Source of the DNA: Lenisia limosa
Lineage: Eukaryota; Protista; Breviatea
DNA length: 37,909 bases
Direction: 5' to 3'
Assembly (NCBI GenBank): GCA_001655205.1
Contig: LPNZ01008602.1
Location: 1 to 37,909 of the forward strand
Below the pieces are notes generated by a model that saw nothing but the letters and a program-made list of their open reading frames with translations, made no database searches and was not told the origin of the DNA. This document shows positions 1 to 20,400 of the stretch, piece after piece (position 1 is the stretch's first letter; each line of letters starts with the position of its first letter). The position numbers were made by a program, and so were the translations under genes.

Positions 1-38
1 TAGAAATTATTATATTCTTCCTCTAATTTGCGCTCCAG

Positions 39-7760
<7,722 letters not shown>

Positions 7761-8211
7761 CTTTCTTGATTCTTATTCTTTATTTCTATGTATTGCGTGT
7801 GTGTTCACAGAAAATAAAAGGGGGGATTCCAAGGCGAAGACATAAGGCAAGGCGGCACTAAGGGGCGCATACATCTATCATTCGTATACCTCCAAGATTC
7901 ACCCTTTTAAAAACCTACTCGCAGTGATGCAATAGTGATGATATGCAAATGATGTGATGATAGACACATACATTGGTACGCATTGCTGCTGCTGCAATAA
8001 AGAAACTAGAGCAGCGGCAAAATTATTTGGAAGAATGGAATTACAGAAATCTCCATTTCCAATTTAAAATTTCTTGCCAATAATAAATTCCCCGAAATTT
8101 ATCCAGAATCCACATTGTAATAAGTTGTAGAAGTTGTTATCTATTAAAATAAAACAGCATTAGAACAGCCTAGCTTCTGAAATCGACCTCCATTCCAACA
8201 ACGCAGGCAAA

Positions 8212-10987
8212 ATGAGCGGTGCTTACCAGCAGCAGCCTCCTACTTCCTACCAACAACAACAACATCAGCCAATTCAGCCGAATGTCCTTCCAAATAACTT
8301 CAGAGGTTCGCCCACCGCTTTAATTGCCCGAAACACATTTTTTAAATATCCTTACCATCTTTTTGCTTCTTCTTTGTTCTTTATAAGTGCCAATCAGGCC
8401 TATAATACTATCTATTTGGGACATATTTCCTCCAGTTTAATCTGAGATTCCAACTTTGCTGACCTAATAACGATGGCATCGTGACCGGACCCAACCTTAG
8501 CGTCTTACACAATGCAGGACCCGCCCAAGGAAAGCTTCCCGCGTACTTGTTGTCTTTCTGCTCATTCTGCTCAGCATTGGGCATTTTGACTGCCATTTTC
8601 AATCGTGGGAATTGCAACAAATATGTTGTCATAACGATTATCGATCATCTCCCCCAACCTATTTGTTGTCAGACATACTCCATTGCCTTTTTGGATTTCG
8701 TCAAGAGATTTTGACCTTTTAGCGTTTTTCACCACAACAAGCGCTTCATCATCCACAAACTTCTTTGCTTATGAAGGTGGGATCAGGAGTTAAATTCTAC
8801 AAATTTATTGTCACTGCAAATAGGGCTCTCTATTTTTGAAGACCTAGCAAGCGTGAAGCATATTATGGTATAAGTTGACTTTTGTATAGGCCGTATTGAA
8901 GTCCTTGACATAAATGATGACGACATCGGAACCTTTGATATGAACGGCGAACTTCGTGACTCCTACACCAGTGTTTTCAGCTGTGTAGGTGGATAATATT
9001 TCATGTTTATTGCGTGTTTTTTTTTTGAGATTGTCATTTCGATTGTAATATTATTTTCATTTCGCTTCGTTACATCTAAGGCTTCCCTACGGTCCGAACA
9101 AGACCGGTAAAATATCGATATTTATCGAGGATTCGAGAAAGTCTTTTTTGGGACCGCAGGGAAGTAGTCATATCTTTCTAAATATCATCCATCCCTGGCC
9201 TTTTTCTTTTCCCCCTTACGCTATTGCAGTATTTTTCATTTCCTGAGGATGTAGTATTAATGATATCATATCATATGCACAGCTGAGTGTAATTTGCTAT
9301 TAGGGTGTCATTGTTGGCCTTATGGCTCTTGCTCTCATCCCTCTGACCTACTTTGGGACTATCCCACTCCGCATTGAGGAGCGTAACAAGTTCACCAAAA
9401 ATGTCAAGGTTCGTTAAAATGGACTTTACAGATGCCTTGAGATGACTCTCGACGTGTTTTTCAACCAGATGTGCATGTTCACCACCTAGACTATCTTCAT
9501 TGTTTTCCTGTGCTGTATCTTCGTTTTCAACACACTGGTTCTTTTCGCCTTTCGAATTAATCATAGAGAGAACCTCAGAGATTTCGTGGGTTTGGGTTGT
9601 GGGTTATTACTTTTTGGTATCACAGTCGGTAGCTTGGGATGGGCAATGCTTTGCCTACTTTGTAATCAACTTACGGATGCAGTGCGAAGACGCTGACAAC
9701 GCTAAAGCCTGTGCTTTCATTCCAAGTATGGGGGACTTCAGTTTAGCTGGTACCCATGATGATCCAAGATTAGCCAAGATATTAAGCTGTTTAATGAAAT
9801 ATCATATTTTAGGAAACTTCTTTTTTTATATTGTGTTTTTTTGTAACCCCTGCAGGCCAGGCGTATAAGGACGGTGTAAATGATCTGAGCGGTCATTCTG
9901 ATTACTCCTTCACCTCTGGCTTCAGTACCTCCATCACTGAGGGCTTCGTTCTAATGAGTATGCTGCAAACTCTAACTGTCCAAGGTTCCCTTATCATGTT
10001 TTTATTTATTACTATATCATATAGCTTAGTGACCTATGTCAAAAGCTTTATTGTTTTCCGTTCCTGCCAAAGTACTGAGCCATATTTGCTTTATACTGAC
10101 CATCAGTTATCCTTGCTATTGCACTGAAGAGGCACTATGACGTTCAAAAGAATGACATGGTAGGTCTTGATTCAACAGACTCATAGTATCACCTAAGTCA
10201 TATGGAACATCCGTTCTTTTTTTTTATATTCTATAGTATCTGGTAACCCTTGCAGAATGCCACTATCCTGGTGAATCCCTATCACGCTCGCAATGCCTAC
10301 CAGCCTCCTCCCGCGTAAGGGGGTGGGGTATCGTCTCCACTTTCTTTGGTATTCTCAATTTTAGCAAGAACGAAATTTTGTTTATCGTTCACCTTGTTCC
10401 AGCAACCCTCTGGCCCCATACCAACAGCCAAGTCCTTACCAGCAACATCAACAGGTGTGTAGAGCGGATTGATTTTCCCTTTAAAAAAGCTGCGGTGGCA
10501 CTTTAGCATGGGGGTTTTCCCGTTAAAAAAGCTGCGGTGGCACTTTAGCATGGGATTTTTTGTTAAAAAAGCTGCGGTGGCACTTTTGCATTGGGATTTT
10601 TTTTTCTTCTAACAGTTCAGCCTCCTGTGGCAGCTGTTGACCCTTATGCCCAAGCCCCCGCATATGGCACTGCACCCAGCCTCTATCCCCAAGCTGCTTC
10701 TGTGGGGGGGTCTGTCGATTGAAACAGGAATACAATGCTGTGCTGTTATTGGCTTCCTCTGCCGTCTTCTCACTACACCAGGGTCAACAGCCCGCATACG
10801 CCCCTCAAGACAATCAAGTACGTGGGGAACTAAAATCAAGAGGTCAATAATTGGTTTTTATGTACTTGAAATTACTGTCTCGAGATCACCCATACTCTTC
10901 AATATTCTGATTTGACCTATTCAGTCTGCATATGCACCTCAGGAGCCAGCTCTCCCCCGGCAAAACCAGGACCACTCCGGCCTTTAG
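8212..10987 (+). CDS. Four-pass membrane protein (tetraspan/claudin-like topology) with Gln/Pro/Tyr-rich N- and C-terminal tails, family unassigned
   Basis: ATG at 8212 (MSGAYQQQPPTSYQQQQ). Spliced exons give four hydrophobic stretches (AYLLSFCSFCSALGILTAIF; GVIVGLMALALIPLTYF; TIFIVFLCCIFVFNTLVLFAF; SITEGFVLMIILAIAL) and a tail with repeated PAYAPQ/SAYAPQ-like units ending TAG 10985-10987. The reading frame of the two tail exons near 10257-10454 is ambiguous. Confidence 0.72.
9077..9166. mobile_element. Hairpin MITE-like family, subfamily B, copy 2 (tetraspan gene intron)
   Basis: Inverted repeats CTTCCCTACGGTCC (9082-9095) / GGACCGCAGGGAAG (9151-9164), one mismatch; core AAGACCGGTAAAATATCGATATTTATCGAG. 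Confidence 0.78.
10471..10602. repeat. Intronic minisatellite, 3 x ~41 bp
   Basis: TTAAAAAAGCTGCGGTGGCACTTTAGCATGGG... starts at 10481, 10523 and 10563. Confidence 0.92.
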
Positions 10988-11108
10988 AGATCTATGGATC
11001 ATTTGTTTCCACTGTAATTCATCACCTATATGTAAGATTTTGAAACTTGTCTCGCGTGTAAATAAAAACAATATACATCAATGCAAAACCATAAGAAACA
11101 TAAACCTC

Positions 11109-14100
11109 CTACTCCGTATCTATTTGTGACATCAGCGTTTTCAGATGCCCGGCTAGAGCCATACTGTTTTCCGCCATTGTTGTGAAATCCTGGGCCTGGG
11201 GGGGGGGGGTAAATGAAAACCTAATGACGACACTATGATTTGAAAACTGGAGGTTTTGGACTTTGACATATACAGAATCAAGTCAACTAGCACTTCTTTA
11301 TTCTAATTATTTGTTTTCTAAGAATATTCAGGAAATATCGCTTTTTGAGTCATGGCAAACCTTGATGTCGGATAACGTTGCCGAGATTTCCAGTTTCTTC
11401 TTGAGCTGCTTGTTTTCTCCCCTCAGCTTCACAAGCTCCGCCAAGCCAGTCTGACAAGTCAGATGAAAATTATGTATGTTCAATGTATTAAGAACGAGTT
11501 ATCACGAGGGTTTCACTCCGATATGAAAAAGACCGATAAAACATCGAGAGTTTGAGAGGATTTATCGAGACATTCAGTCTTTGGAACCGAAGTGAAGCCC
11601 AAATACTATTATATACTATGTACATATAAAAAAAAAACACTCTGAAAAGGTAGTAGTTATCCCAAGCGTTCACCTCTCTGTCCGTTTCTGAGATGTTGGC
11701 CTTTTGCGTGGCATGAGTGAGGTTTGATCCAAGGTTGAGGTTTTCCTGGAGGAGGAGGTAAAATACCGATGAGAACCTGGCACCAGCATTGGAGTATTAG
11801 CCATAGCTAACCTCTCTGAGCCTAGCCTCATTTTCAGTCATTTCATCAATATGCCCGCGGTCAAGCCTCTGCAGAGGTAAGTCGAAGAAAAAAAAATCAG
11901 AGAACCGCTCACACAATAATTAACAAGCATTTCATTCTTCTAATTTCTCTAATATAGCAGATGATGACTTTATAAAAATATTAGATTCTCTCCAACACAA
12001 ATGGCATGTCCCACCCACAAGTTTCTCGCGAAGTTCAAGGTTCTCAAGATCAATTCTCTCCTTTTCTCTTGCCAACGCCCGGCCTTGGCCCTCTGAGCTG
12101 CGCAACCTGTGGCGTGAGGAGTGGTGGAATGAGCGGACAAGATGTGGGAAAAAGGAGGCAGTCCTACCTTTCTTGCTGCTGTGATATTGTAGCAATTTGT
12201 TGATTGATCTACAGCGTTAAAGCCACAAGAACAATCAAAAAAAATATATATAATTTTTACTACTATTATGATCCCCAAATAGAACAACTCTCTTTTTTGA
12301 AAGAATAACAAAAGAATCACTTAACCTCAAACCTCATCCCTTAACGTCTGGACTTCGGCCTTAAGATCCGAACGTTCACGAGCCGCAGTATCCACCACCC
12401 TGCTCCTGAAAACTGTTAACAATCCCAAAATCATATTGTATAGATATCATATATATACATCATACAGTGTTTGTTCCACAATGCCAGCGAATAAATAGAG
12501 AAGTTATGAAAAGGAACAAATAGAAGAGAATGAGCTTGAGAACAATCAACTATATAATACTAGTTACGCCTAGATCAAAGAACAAATGGATAAACTTTTA
12601 GGTTTGAATACGTGTGAATTAAAGATGATAGGGTTGCCGTGGACAAGGAGTCACAGTGTACACACGCACTCACCTCTCCATATTTCTTCTTTCTTCGAGG
12701 GTAAGATCTCCTTGAGTCTAAAGTATCAGTCAGTTTTCTTCTGGGTTCTGGGGAGGAGTACCGGAAGTTTTTCAAATACGTGGGTGAGCCGGCAACATTC
12801 ATTGACAATTGTCCTTAAAAAACACTTGAAAGATCCCAACAAACCTTATCAAGCCTCTTTTGAAGGGCAACATTGGCGTCAAAAATATTCTTGTAGTCTT
12901 CCTAATTTGGTAAGTCACCCGGGAGGTAACCATAAAGCAGTGAAGAAAGGGGCAAACCTCGGCCTTTTCTCTCCGCTTAATCGCCCTCTCCATTTCGGCA
13001 GCCAAACGTCGAGCCTCGGTCTCTGCCGCCCACTTCTGTTCCTAAGGGGGTGGGGGAAGGGGGGTGAAATTGGATTTTTGAAACAAAAAAAAAAGCCCAA
13101 AATCAACTCTGTTAAGTATCATTTCATTGTAGTTTTTTTTTCCCAATCTACAAAAATTGAGCACAACTGTGTCTTAAAAATGAAAATGCTGAAATTGAGG
13201 AAATAAAGTCCTTATACTTGGCAAAAACTTGCCTACTTGTAATTTGCTGATTTCGTCACGATAGATGGTGGGGTTTTCCATCATCATCGCGGACTCCTCT
13301 TCCATTTGGGTCAAGCGCAACTACAGTGTCAATCAAGAAGAAATCAAGAAGACCATATTCAAAAATCTCAGGAGGAGGGAGGGGGGGGGGGGACGAAAAC
13401 AATGTCAAGAATAAAAAGCAAATCTGCTTATCTAAAAGAAAATCGAAAACTGAAAAAAGACCATGAGAAATTACTCCTCCCCCCACTTGGAGCGCCTTCT
13501 TCTCTTCTTCCTGTTGACGTACTCTTTGATTGGCTGCAATTGTTGCCTAAATGATCAAACAAAACTATGACAAGGCAGCGCGTTAAGGTTAATATTCAGA
13601 GATACTATATTGAGCGTTCACCAACTTGGATGTTCGTTTTTATATTTATTATGTAAAACAGCCCAGGCAACGTATTTGATCCACCAACGGGCCCCAATTC
13701 CCAACCTGTTTACAGCTGTCCACTTCCGCTGCTAGTTCTCGGTAGGTTTCATTCTGCTGATGGATTTGGGCCACCTAGCCACGTGAACAAACGAAATTTC
13801 TGGTTCAACAAATTTGTAGAACGCAATGCCCTATTATATCATAATCGAAGTACCAACATAATTCAGCCACATACCTGGTCTTCTAGCCTCTGCTTAAACT
13901 GTTCGTGAATAGGAATGTTATCTGCCAGCTCTTGCTGTAAACTTTCAATTTTCTGGTTCTAAATTGTGAGAAGTATAGCAGAGAAGCTTTTGGTAATACC
14001 AGTTTTATTGCACATCATTGAAAAGGGGATTATAAACTTTCACATGCTATAAAGCTAATCCACCATTTCACCCATCTCTTAAACAGAAGGGGAAACTCTA

Positions 14101-15826
14101 CCGACGCATGCGTATTCCTGTATCCCCCACCAAGGCCACAGACTCTTCGTGCCACTGTCCCCTCTCCTCTCGTTGAATGGCGTTCAAATCTTCAATCACT
14201 GAGTCCTAAAAATGGTGAATGGAAACCACCCCATGTCATGTCGTTCTGAACTGGCATATCATATGATGTAATATATCAATTCCAGAGTATCAGAGGACAG
14301 TGTGAGTGATGGTTTGACAAAAAGAGGCCCAGACTATACAAACACGCACCCCCATTTCCCATAACATAAATCTTTGAAGCCAAAAGAACACAACACCGAT
14401 CATACATCACAAGAAGCAGGAAAAGGCTGTATCTTAATCGGACTCATCGTGTGTTCAATGAAATTACCAATATCACCACAACCCTCACCTTTTCTCTCAA
14501 AATAGTCTTGAACTCTGCAATTTGTGCATCCCGTTGGAGTACCTCACATTCGTGTTGATCTACAGCTTTGGCCAGATCGTGGAGGTGTCAGAAAAGAAAG
14601 GGAGGAAAAAAACAAACATAAGAGTATTGCATTCTTATAGCCTAAAGTCTTACAAGCCGCCTATCTTTTTATCGGATTCGTGCTTTTTCTCCAGCTCCAA
14701 ATAGCGTGCTCTCAGACCCGCAAGCTGCAAGTCAGTTACACAATAGTAATGACAATAGTATTAAGATTATATCTCCAATGAAAGAGTTTACGGCATGGTT
14801 TGATAGGGTCAGAGCAGTACCATCAGCCCACCTGTCTGTCCACAGGCTCAGCCTGAACGTCGTTGCCAAGGACCATCATTGGGTGTCCCGTCTTTTCCCT
14901 CTCCCGTCTAAACAATAAGGCTTTTTTAAGGGATGGTTAACATAATGGATTTCGTTCCTGATTGAACTCAGTTGAGCATCATGGCCGTTTAGGCAAAGTC
15001 AACACATTCAGGGTGCTCTCTTCGGCAAATATACCAGGGAAATTGAAAAAAGCTTCCACAACAGACATGCCCCTCACAGAAGTCTCATTTCAAGCTCCAG
15101 CCAGTAGATTTGCTGCTGTAGGTTACTGACATACTCCTCTGAGGGGGGACCCTGGGGCGCCTACATTGGTTATAGAGCCCTGGTAGGTGGAAATGATTGT
15201 TCCGAAGTAGGTTGACAATATTACCAAATATTACGATCATATTACCACCTAAAATATATATATGATGCCAGCAACATCCTCAGAAAGTGGGTTAAGAAAC
15301 CCCAAAGAAGCCCACGTTTTGTGTTGTGTTCATTTGGGCATGACTGCGAGTTGACTACCATGTTAAAACAAAATGGTGAAGTTGGCCAATCATATGAAAA
15401 GCAAAAAAAATAAGGAAACCGTTAAAACATTTAAACCGTCGAAGAAACAAGACTAACGGTTCTTCTGGGGTACAGCGCCACCAGACCCCGAGAGAAACCT
15501 GAGAACGCCCAACAGACCTTCGCAGTTAAAGGCCTGCCAGGACTCGACATTTGTGAGGCTGACAAAGGCCTCATATGCGTGGCGCTCATAGGGCGGCCAC
15601 TGCCGGTTGATGACCCCGAAACCACTACAAAACAGTTAGGAAAACGGCAAAGCGCGCTCTTACTTGGGACGTGGCGGGTTTGTGTTCCGCCATATTTGCT
15701 TGATCCTAAATGTGGTGAGAAGAGGCTGCGGAGGGCCAGCAAACCTGGACGAACGTCTCCAGAAGGATGTGGATGGGGCTTTGGCGGCTGTCTTGCAGGC
15801 CTAGGTGATCTATTGGTTCCTCTCAT
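11109..15826 (-). CDS. Coiled-coil protein of unknown function, 21 exons
   Basis: ATG at 15826 (MRGTNRSPRPARQPP). Successive minus-strand exons join in phase, e.g. EEYVSNLQQQIYWLELEMRLL, NQKIESLQQELADN, EQKWAAETEARRLAAEMERAIKRREKAE, RLRSSEGQGRALAREKERIDLENLELREKL, TGLAELVKLRGENKQLKKKLE, ending HLKTLMSQIDTE* (stop 11109-11111). One junction needs a GC donor (see findings). Confidence 0.82.
11508..11600. mobile_element. Hairpin MITE-like family, subfamily A, copy 3 (coiled-coil gene intron)
   Basis: Degenerate left arm GGGTTTCACTCCGATAT, intact right arm GAACCGAAGTGAAGCCC, and shared core (AAGACCGATAAAACATCG...TTTATCGAGACATTCAGTCTT). Confidence 0.75.
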
Positions 15827-15988
15827 TGTCTAAGTTACCGGGAAAGAGTCTTTAACGAGAGTAAGTTTAGTCAATGAAGAATGTCAAGCCAAATGTTATG
15901 TCTGATTCTGATTAGAGTGCAGTATTCCAGCAGTTCCAACCACTGAAGAGAATCGATTGTTACAAAAACAAAAAAATATTGGGCAAGG

Positions 15989-17080
15989 TTACGGCGCCGC
16001 ATATGTTTGCCGATCATGTTGCGTTGTGATCGTTGTTGTTGTGCTGGTGTTGTGTTCTCTACCTCGCATCGTCAAGCTATCAGCCAAATCTAATCAGAAG
16101 TTGATAAAGGCTGCAGAAAGATATTAAGATATTGCAAGATATTGACCTTTTGACGTAACAATTGGATATTTGAATATTTGAAATAGAGTTGAAATGTTGC
16201 CCAAACTTATAGGCTTCTGTAAAGCTTCTTATTAAATGGTGATAGTTCCTCCAATACATTTTTATTATTACGATTCCAGATAATACAAAGTAAAAACAAC
16301 ATATTACAACAACACTCTAATGATAATCTATTCCATCCAATCCCATTCAATTTGATTTTAGGGGAAATGTAGCTGCAGAATTCTGTTAACTTCACTGGAC
16401 GAACTCTGCATATCATTAAAAAAACAAGGGCAAGTGTTGCAATTTCATATCACAATGTAATATCACTTCCTTCAGTATCTGAATCTAATCTGAGGAGTAT
16501 GAAGTAATGCACCAGGTTGGAGCCTCATAGTTATAGAACAATCAGTACACTCGGACCAACCTGGACGGCTCGGTTGGATTATTGCCACTTGTCCAAAACG
16601 CTGTTGATTGCCGCCTTCATATGTTGAAAGTGGACTGCTGTTACCAGCTTGAAAACTGGTGATGGCTTTCTAAATAATGGGGGGGGGGGGGGNNNNNNNN
16701 NNNNNNNNNNNNNNNNNNNNNNNNNNNNNNNNNNNNNNNNNNNNNNNNNNNNNNNNNNNNNNNNNNNNNNNNNGCAGATACATATCACATGGGTGTTTGA
16801 ATAATTGAAATAAACTTCTCAAACCAATTACGCTTGGGGCATCAACTGCTTCTCCCTACAATGTGATATAGAAATGTGAAGTAGGTTGTTTCTGGCCGTT
16901 GTTTCTGGCCGAAGCTTTCAACACCATCACGCTGATAATAGGTTATTTAATAATTCAGGGCAGTGTAATATTGAAATTAATCAAAAGAGTCGATTTTGGA
17001 ACGCCAACACACTCCGATGCGTGCTCCTCAATCTCGTGTGCTGGATAGCCGTCCCCGCAGAGAGGGCAACTGACTGACAT
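15989..17080 (-). CDS. Putative small protein with N-terminal UBZ (Rad18-type) CCHC zinc finger; downstream exons uncertain
   Basis: Exon 1 from ATG 17080 reads MSVSCPLCGDGYPAHEIEEHASEC, an exact CxxC-x11-H-x3-C spacing. Candidate later exons lie at about 16860-16940, 16590-16670 and 15990-16090, but a unique splice path could not be fixed and there is an N gap at 16693-16773. Confidence 0.42.
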
Positions 17081-17443
17081 ATCAGCTGACAGGTGACAAG
17101 TCTTGGTTAACTTTTTTGGTGCTCCTTTCTTTTCCCCAATTTCTCCCTTCTTCCCTTCTTCTTCTCTTATTACCTTATTACCTCACTATTACACCTTATT
17201 ACAATTGGAATGAATATGGAAAATGGCGAAATGCATGCGATGCGAAATGCTGCTGTCTTGACTATCCGGTACGGGATTTGATCAATTTTCTTTCTAAACT
17301 GATTGCTGGCCTCCTATTGCACTACAACAACACCCCCAGGCCCCAGGACACCTGGTACACAACTACTTCAAAGTTGCTGCGGCTCCTTGATATGAAAGAA
17401 GGTTCCTTGATTAATCCGGATCGCTATTTTTCCGTCTAGTATA

Positions 17444-20400
17444 ATGTTTGTAAGGCTCCTCCTTCTCCTTCTTTTGTGCGGTTGGTCCCTACAACAAGGT
17501 ATGTATTCCCACAAAGATGAAACCCTTGTATATCACCTTCCCCTCACCCTCCAGCTCGGAGTATATACGGCAAGAATGTTGATCTTAGATGGACGTTTTT
17601 AGATGACACTGAAAACCAGCATCCTTATTATATGCAGCCCTTTGACAGGGTTCCATTAGACTGCCCATTGATCCTGTTTGACCTCTTTCTGCTCTCTGCC
17701 AATCGTGGGGGACACATCGGATCCGCTAATCACTCATTCAATCATCAACTCTTTATCTTTTTTTTTTGCACTTTGCTCTATGTTTAGTTCTGCTTGATAG
17801 TATTTGGTTGAATTATCTGTCATAAAAGAAAAAATCCAGAAAAGACTTCTCCATATACGAGATATCAATATTATGCTGATAATTTGGTCCCTTGTGTTGA
17901 TGGTTAACAACAGCAGTTGATGGCACCATCAAGGTAGCCTACTATGCAGACAATCTGACATGTAAGTTGGACTATTATTATATTGCCTTCTGTTACAATT
18001 ATATCTGTCATCTGTTCGCACTCACCTCAGCAGTGCTTCCCTCCTGGCTACTGCGAGCGACCAATAGTGACAGGCTACCGCAGCAGTTGGGTGTTGTGGA
18101 GACCACATTGCCCGCACCGCTCAACTGCGCTATCAGCCGCTTCTTCGGCGTTGATGACTTCGTTATCGTTTTATGTGAAGACTGTGGGGGGGAGGTAGTG
18201 CTGGTTGTTGAGATTGTCCTGTTTTAGTTGTTATATTGACAATACCTTACACGTATAGCCCGGTCTTATACATTTGGCACTGACACAATTGACTCTCAGT
18301 ATTACTATACGGTATGGCCAGAAGACCATGGTCGTCTTTATCATTTTGGATGAAGGAACATTATCACATTCTATTCAATATTTCGCTGAGATCTTACTCT
18401 AACTTTGCTCTATCTAGGGGTCAGATACCTACATTGAGTTCCTTCCAAGTTCGGACCTCATGTCAGCTGAATTCCTTGATAAGGTTATAGTCATTGATGA
18501 GTCATCGTTTTACCTTCTTTGTGAGTGGGCATCTGCAGAAATTACTGAGGAATTGAGAAATACATGAATTATCAACTTCATTCAGTTTAAACTGGACTCA
18601 ACCTTTCGTTCTGGTTATTTACCCCTAAATGAATAATTCAGATTCAACCGTTATGTGATATATTACTCTTTCCCATTTCAAAATGTAGTACTTAAAAATT
18701 CAACCTCCTTATTCCTCTTTACCTCATAGTCAATAACGGCACCCTCTATGGAATGGGACGCAACCTTGATGGCTCTCTCGGGGTCGCCTCTTATGAATAC
18801 ACCGTGACAAGCCCCACATGTGTATGATGGATGAGGATAATTCTTGTGAGGTACCTTTTGCTGTTGAAAAGTGGTTCTTAAAAGACGAACACATCTACTA
18901 TGTACATATTAGCGACCGAATTACTTCTCATCTCTACATATGATTTGATAACTACTTCCAACCACTCTTCCCTGGTTATCATTGCTCATGTTTTCTGGTG
19001 TTATTGATGGTTCTACCCCAACACCCGATGTCAACTCAGCCTCATTTTTTAGTTGACTGAATCCATAGCCTTCAAAGACGTCCAACAAATTGTAACAAAT
19101 GACGACCATTATATTACCTATTTCTTAGCCACTTCCGGTTTGTGAGTGGCCTTATTAATAATTTTTTGGAGAATTAGTCATAAAACGCCTTTTTGGAAGC
19201 GAAAAAAACAACACTCAGCCTTCAGGTTCATTGTATCGAGCGGGCCAGCAGCATAATGGTTACATAGCTCACACACCTCTCCTTGTCACTGTAACGGTTT
19301 GAAGGGTTATTGTCATTTGTTTCTTTGTGAAGTACACTTTCCTCACACCGCAGCCACCAACTATTATTGAAGAAATGGTTGTCATTGAAGGTGTTGAACG
19401 CGACCCTGTGATATATTTCATCGGCAGGGAAGCGATGTTTAGAGAGAGTGCTCCATATAATCAGTCAGCATTAATGCAATCAACGGTAAGTGAAAAGTAA
19501 TCCCAAACATGTGAATATTTATTTGGTTATATTCAGCTTTTTTCCAATAGTATTTAAATACCCCATGTGTTTATTCAATACAGTCGATTCTCAATTTTTT
19601 TGTTATATTTATATTTCTTAACGCCAATGTATTTCATCTGATATATATTTCCTCAGTTTACCCCCCCCCCTCACAGCCAGATGACTTTCAAACCGGTTAT
19701 AAGCGAATGCCTTTGATAAAGGGAGGGAAGTGTGTCGGAGTGTTTGTTTTCGACTATGGCTCAACATCTGGTGAAATGCGAGGTTCGTTTCCACTCAGAA
19801 TTACGTAAATGATATATGGTTTATGCCATGTGTAATTGTTTATGGAGCTTTTATGAATGTAGTTATGTCTTTCTACGGGAAGGATGATCCAAGTTTGCCC
19901 TTGTTCTTCACTATGTCAATTTCCGTCCTGATTTCTGATAGTTACTTTCCTGGCTGTAAGCATCCATCTCTTGGGAAATGGTATCGCTCTCATGGACTTT
20001 CTGATCTGATTGATTCCTGTAGTTGACTCATGCACAGTCCTCGACTACACATCTTCGACTCCGATCTTCAAATGCCAAATGGGTGGGTTGTGTTCTAGTG
20101 TGTTGCCATTAATTCTTGGTTACTTTTTAGATACGTACGTGTTTTCTACTGGAAGGCTTCTTTACTCTGAAGAACACCAGGATGAGTACCGTTCATTGGA
20201 CTCCGCTGAGTACGTAAGCTTAAGGGTGGGGCTGTTTCTTTCAGTGAATGTTTTTGTTTAATGGAATAATCATGCAAAAAGATGGTTTTCAAACAATATT
20301 GGAATTGTTTTTCTAAGTCGTTTTCTTCCCTTTTTATTTTGTTGCGTTTTTCTCAAAAGTCCCCCTTTGACAACCTCAGGGTGACGTTCCCAGCCGAGTT

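Noticed and set aside
10471-10602. Repeats that might be a CRISPR array (also 23817-23913)
   Set aside because: The units are contiguous with no unique spacers, there are no cas genes, and the context is a eukaryotic intron.
12586-13206. 206-aa plus-strand ORF
   Set aside because: It is antisense to exons and introns of the coiled-coil gene, starts at a non-ATG codon, has low-complexity intron-like composition and shows no motif.
17116-17439. 107-aa ORF with a hydrophobic start as the receptor N-terminus
   Set aside because: It begins at TTG within a pyrimidine-rich promoter region; a convincing ATG plus signal peptide begins at 17444.
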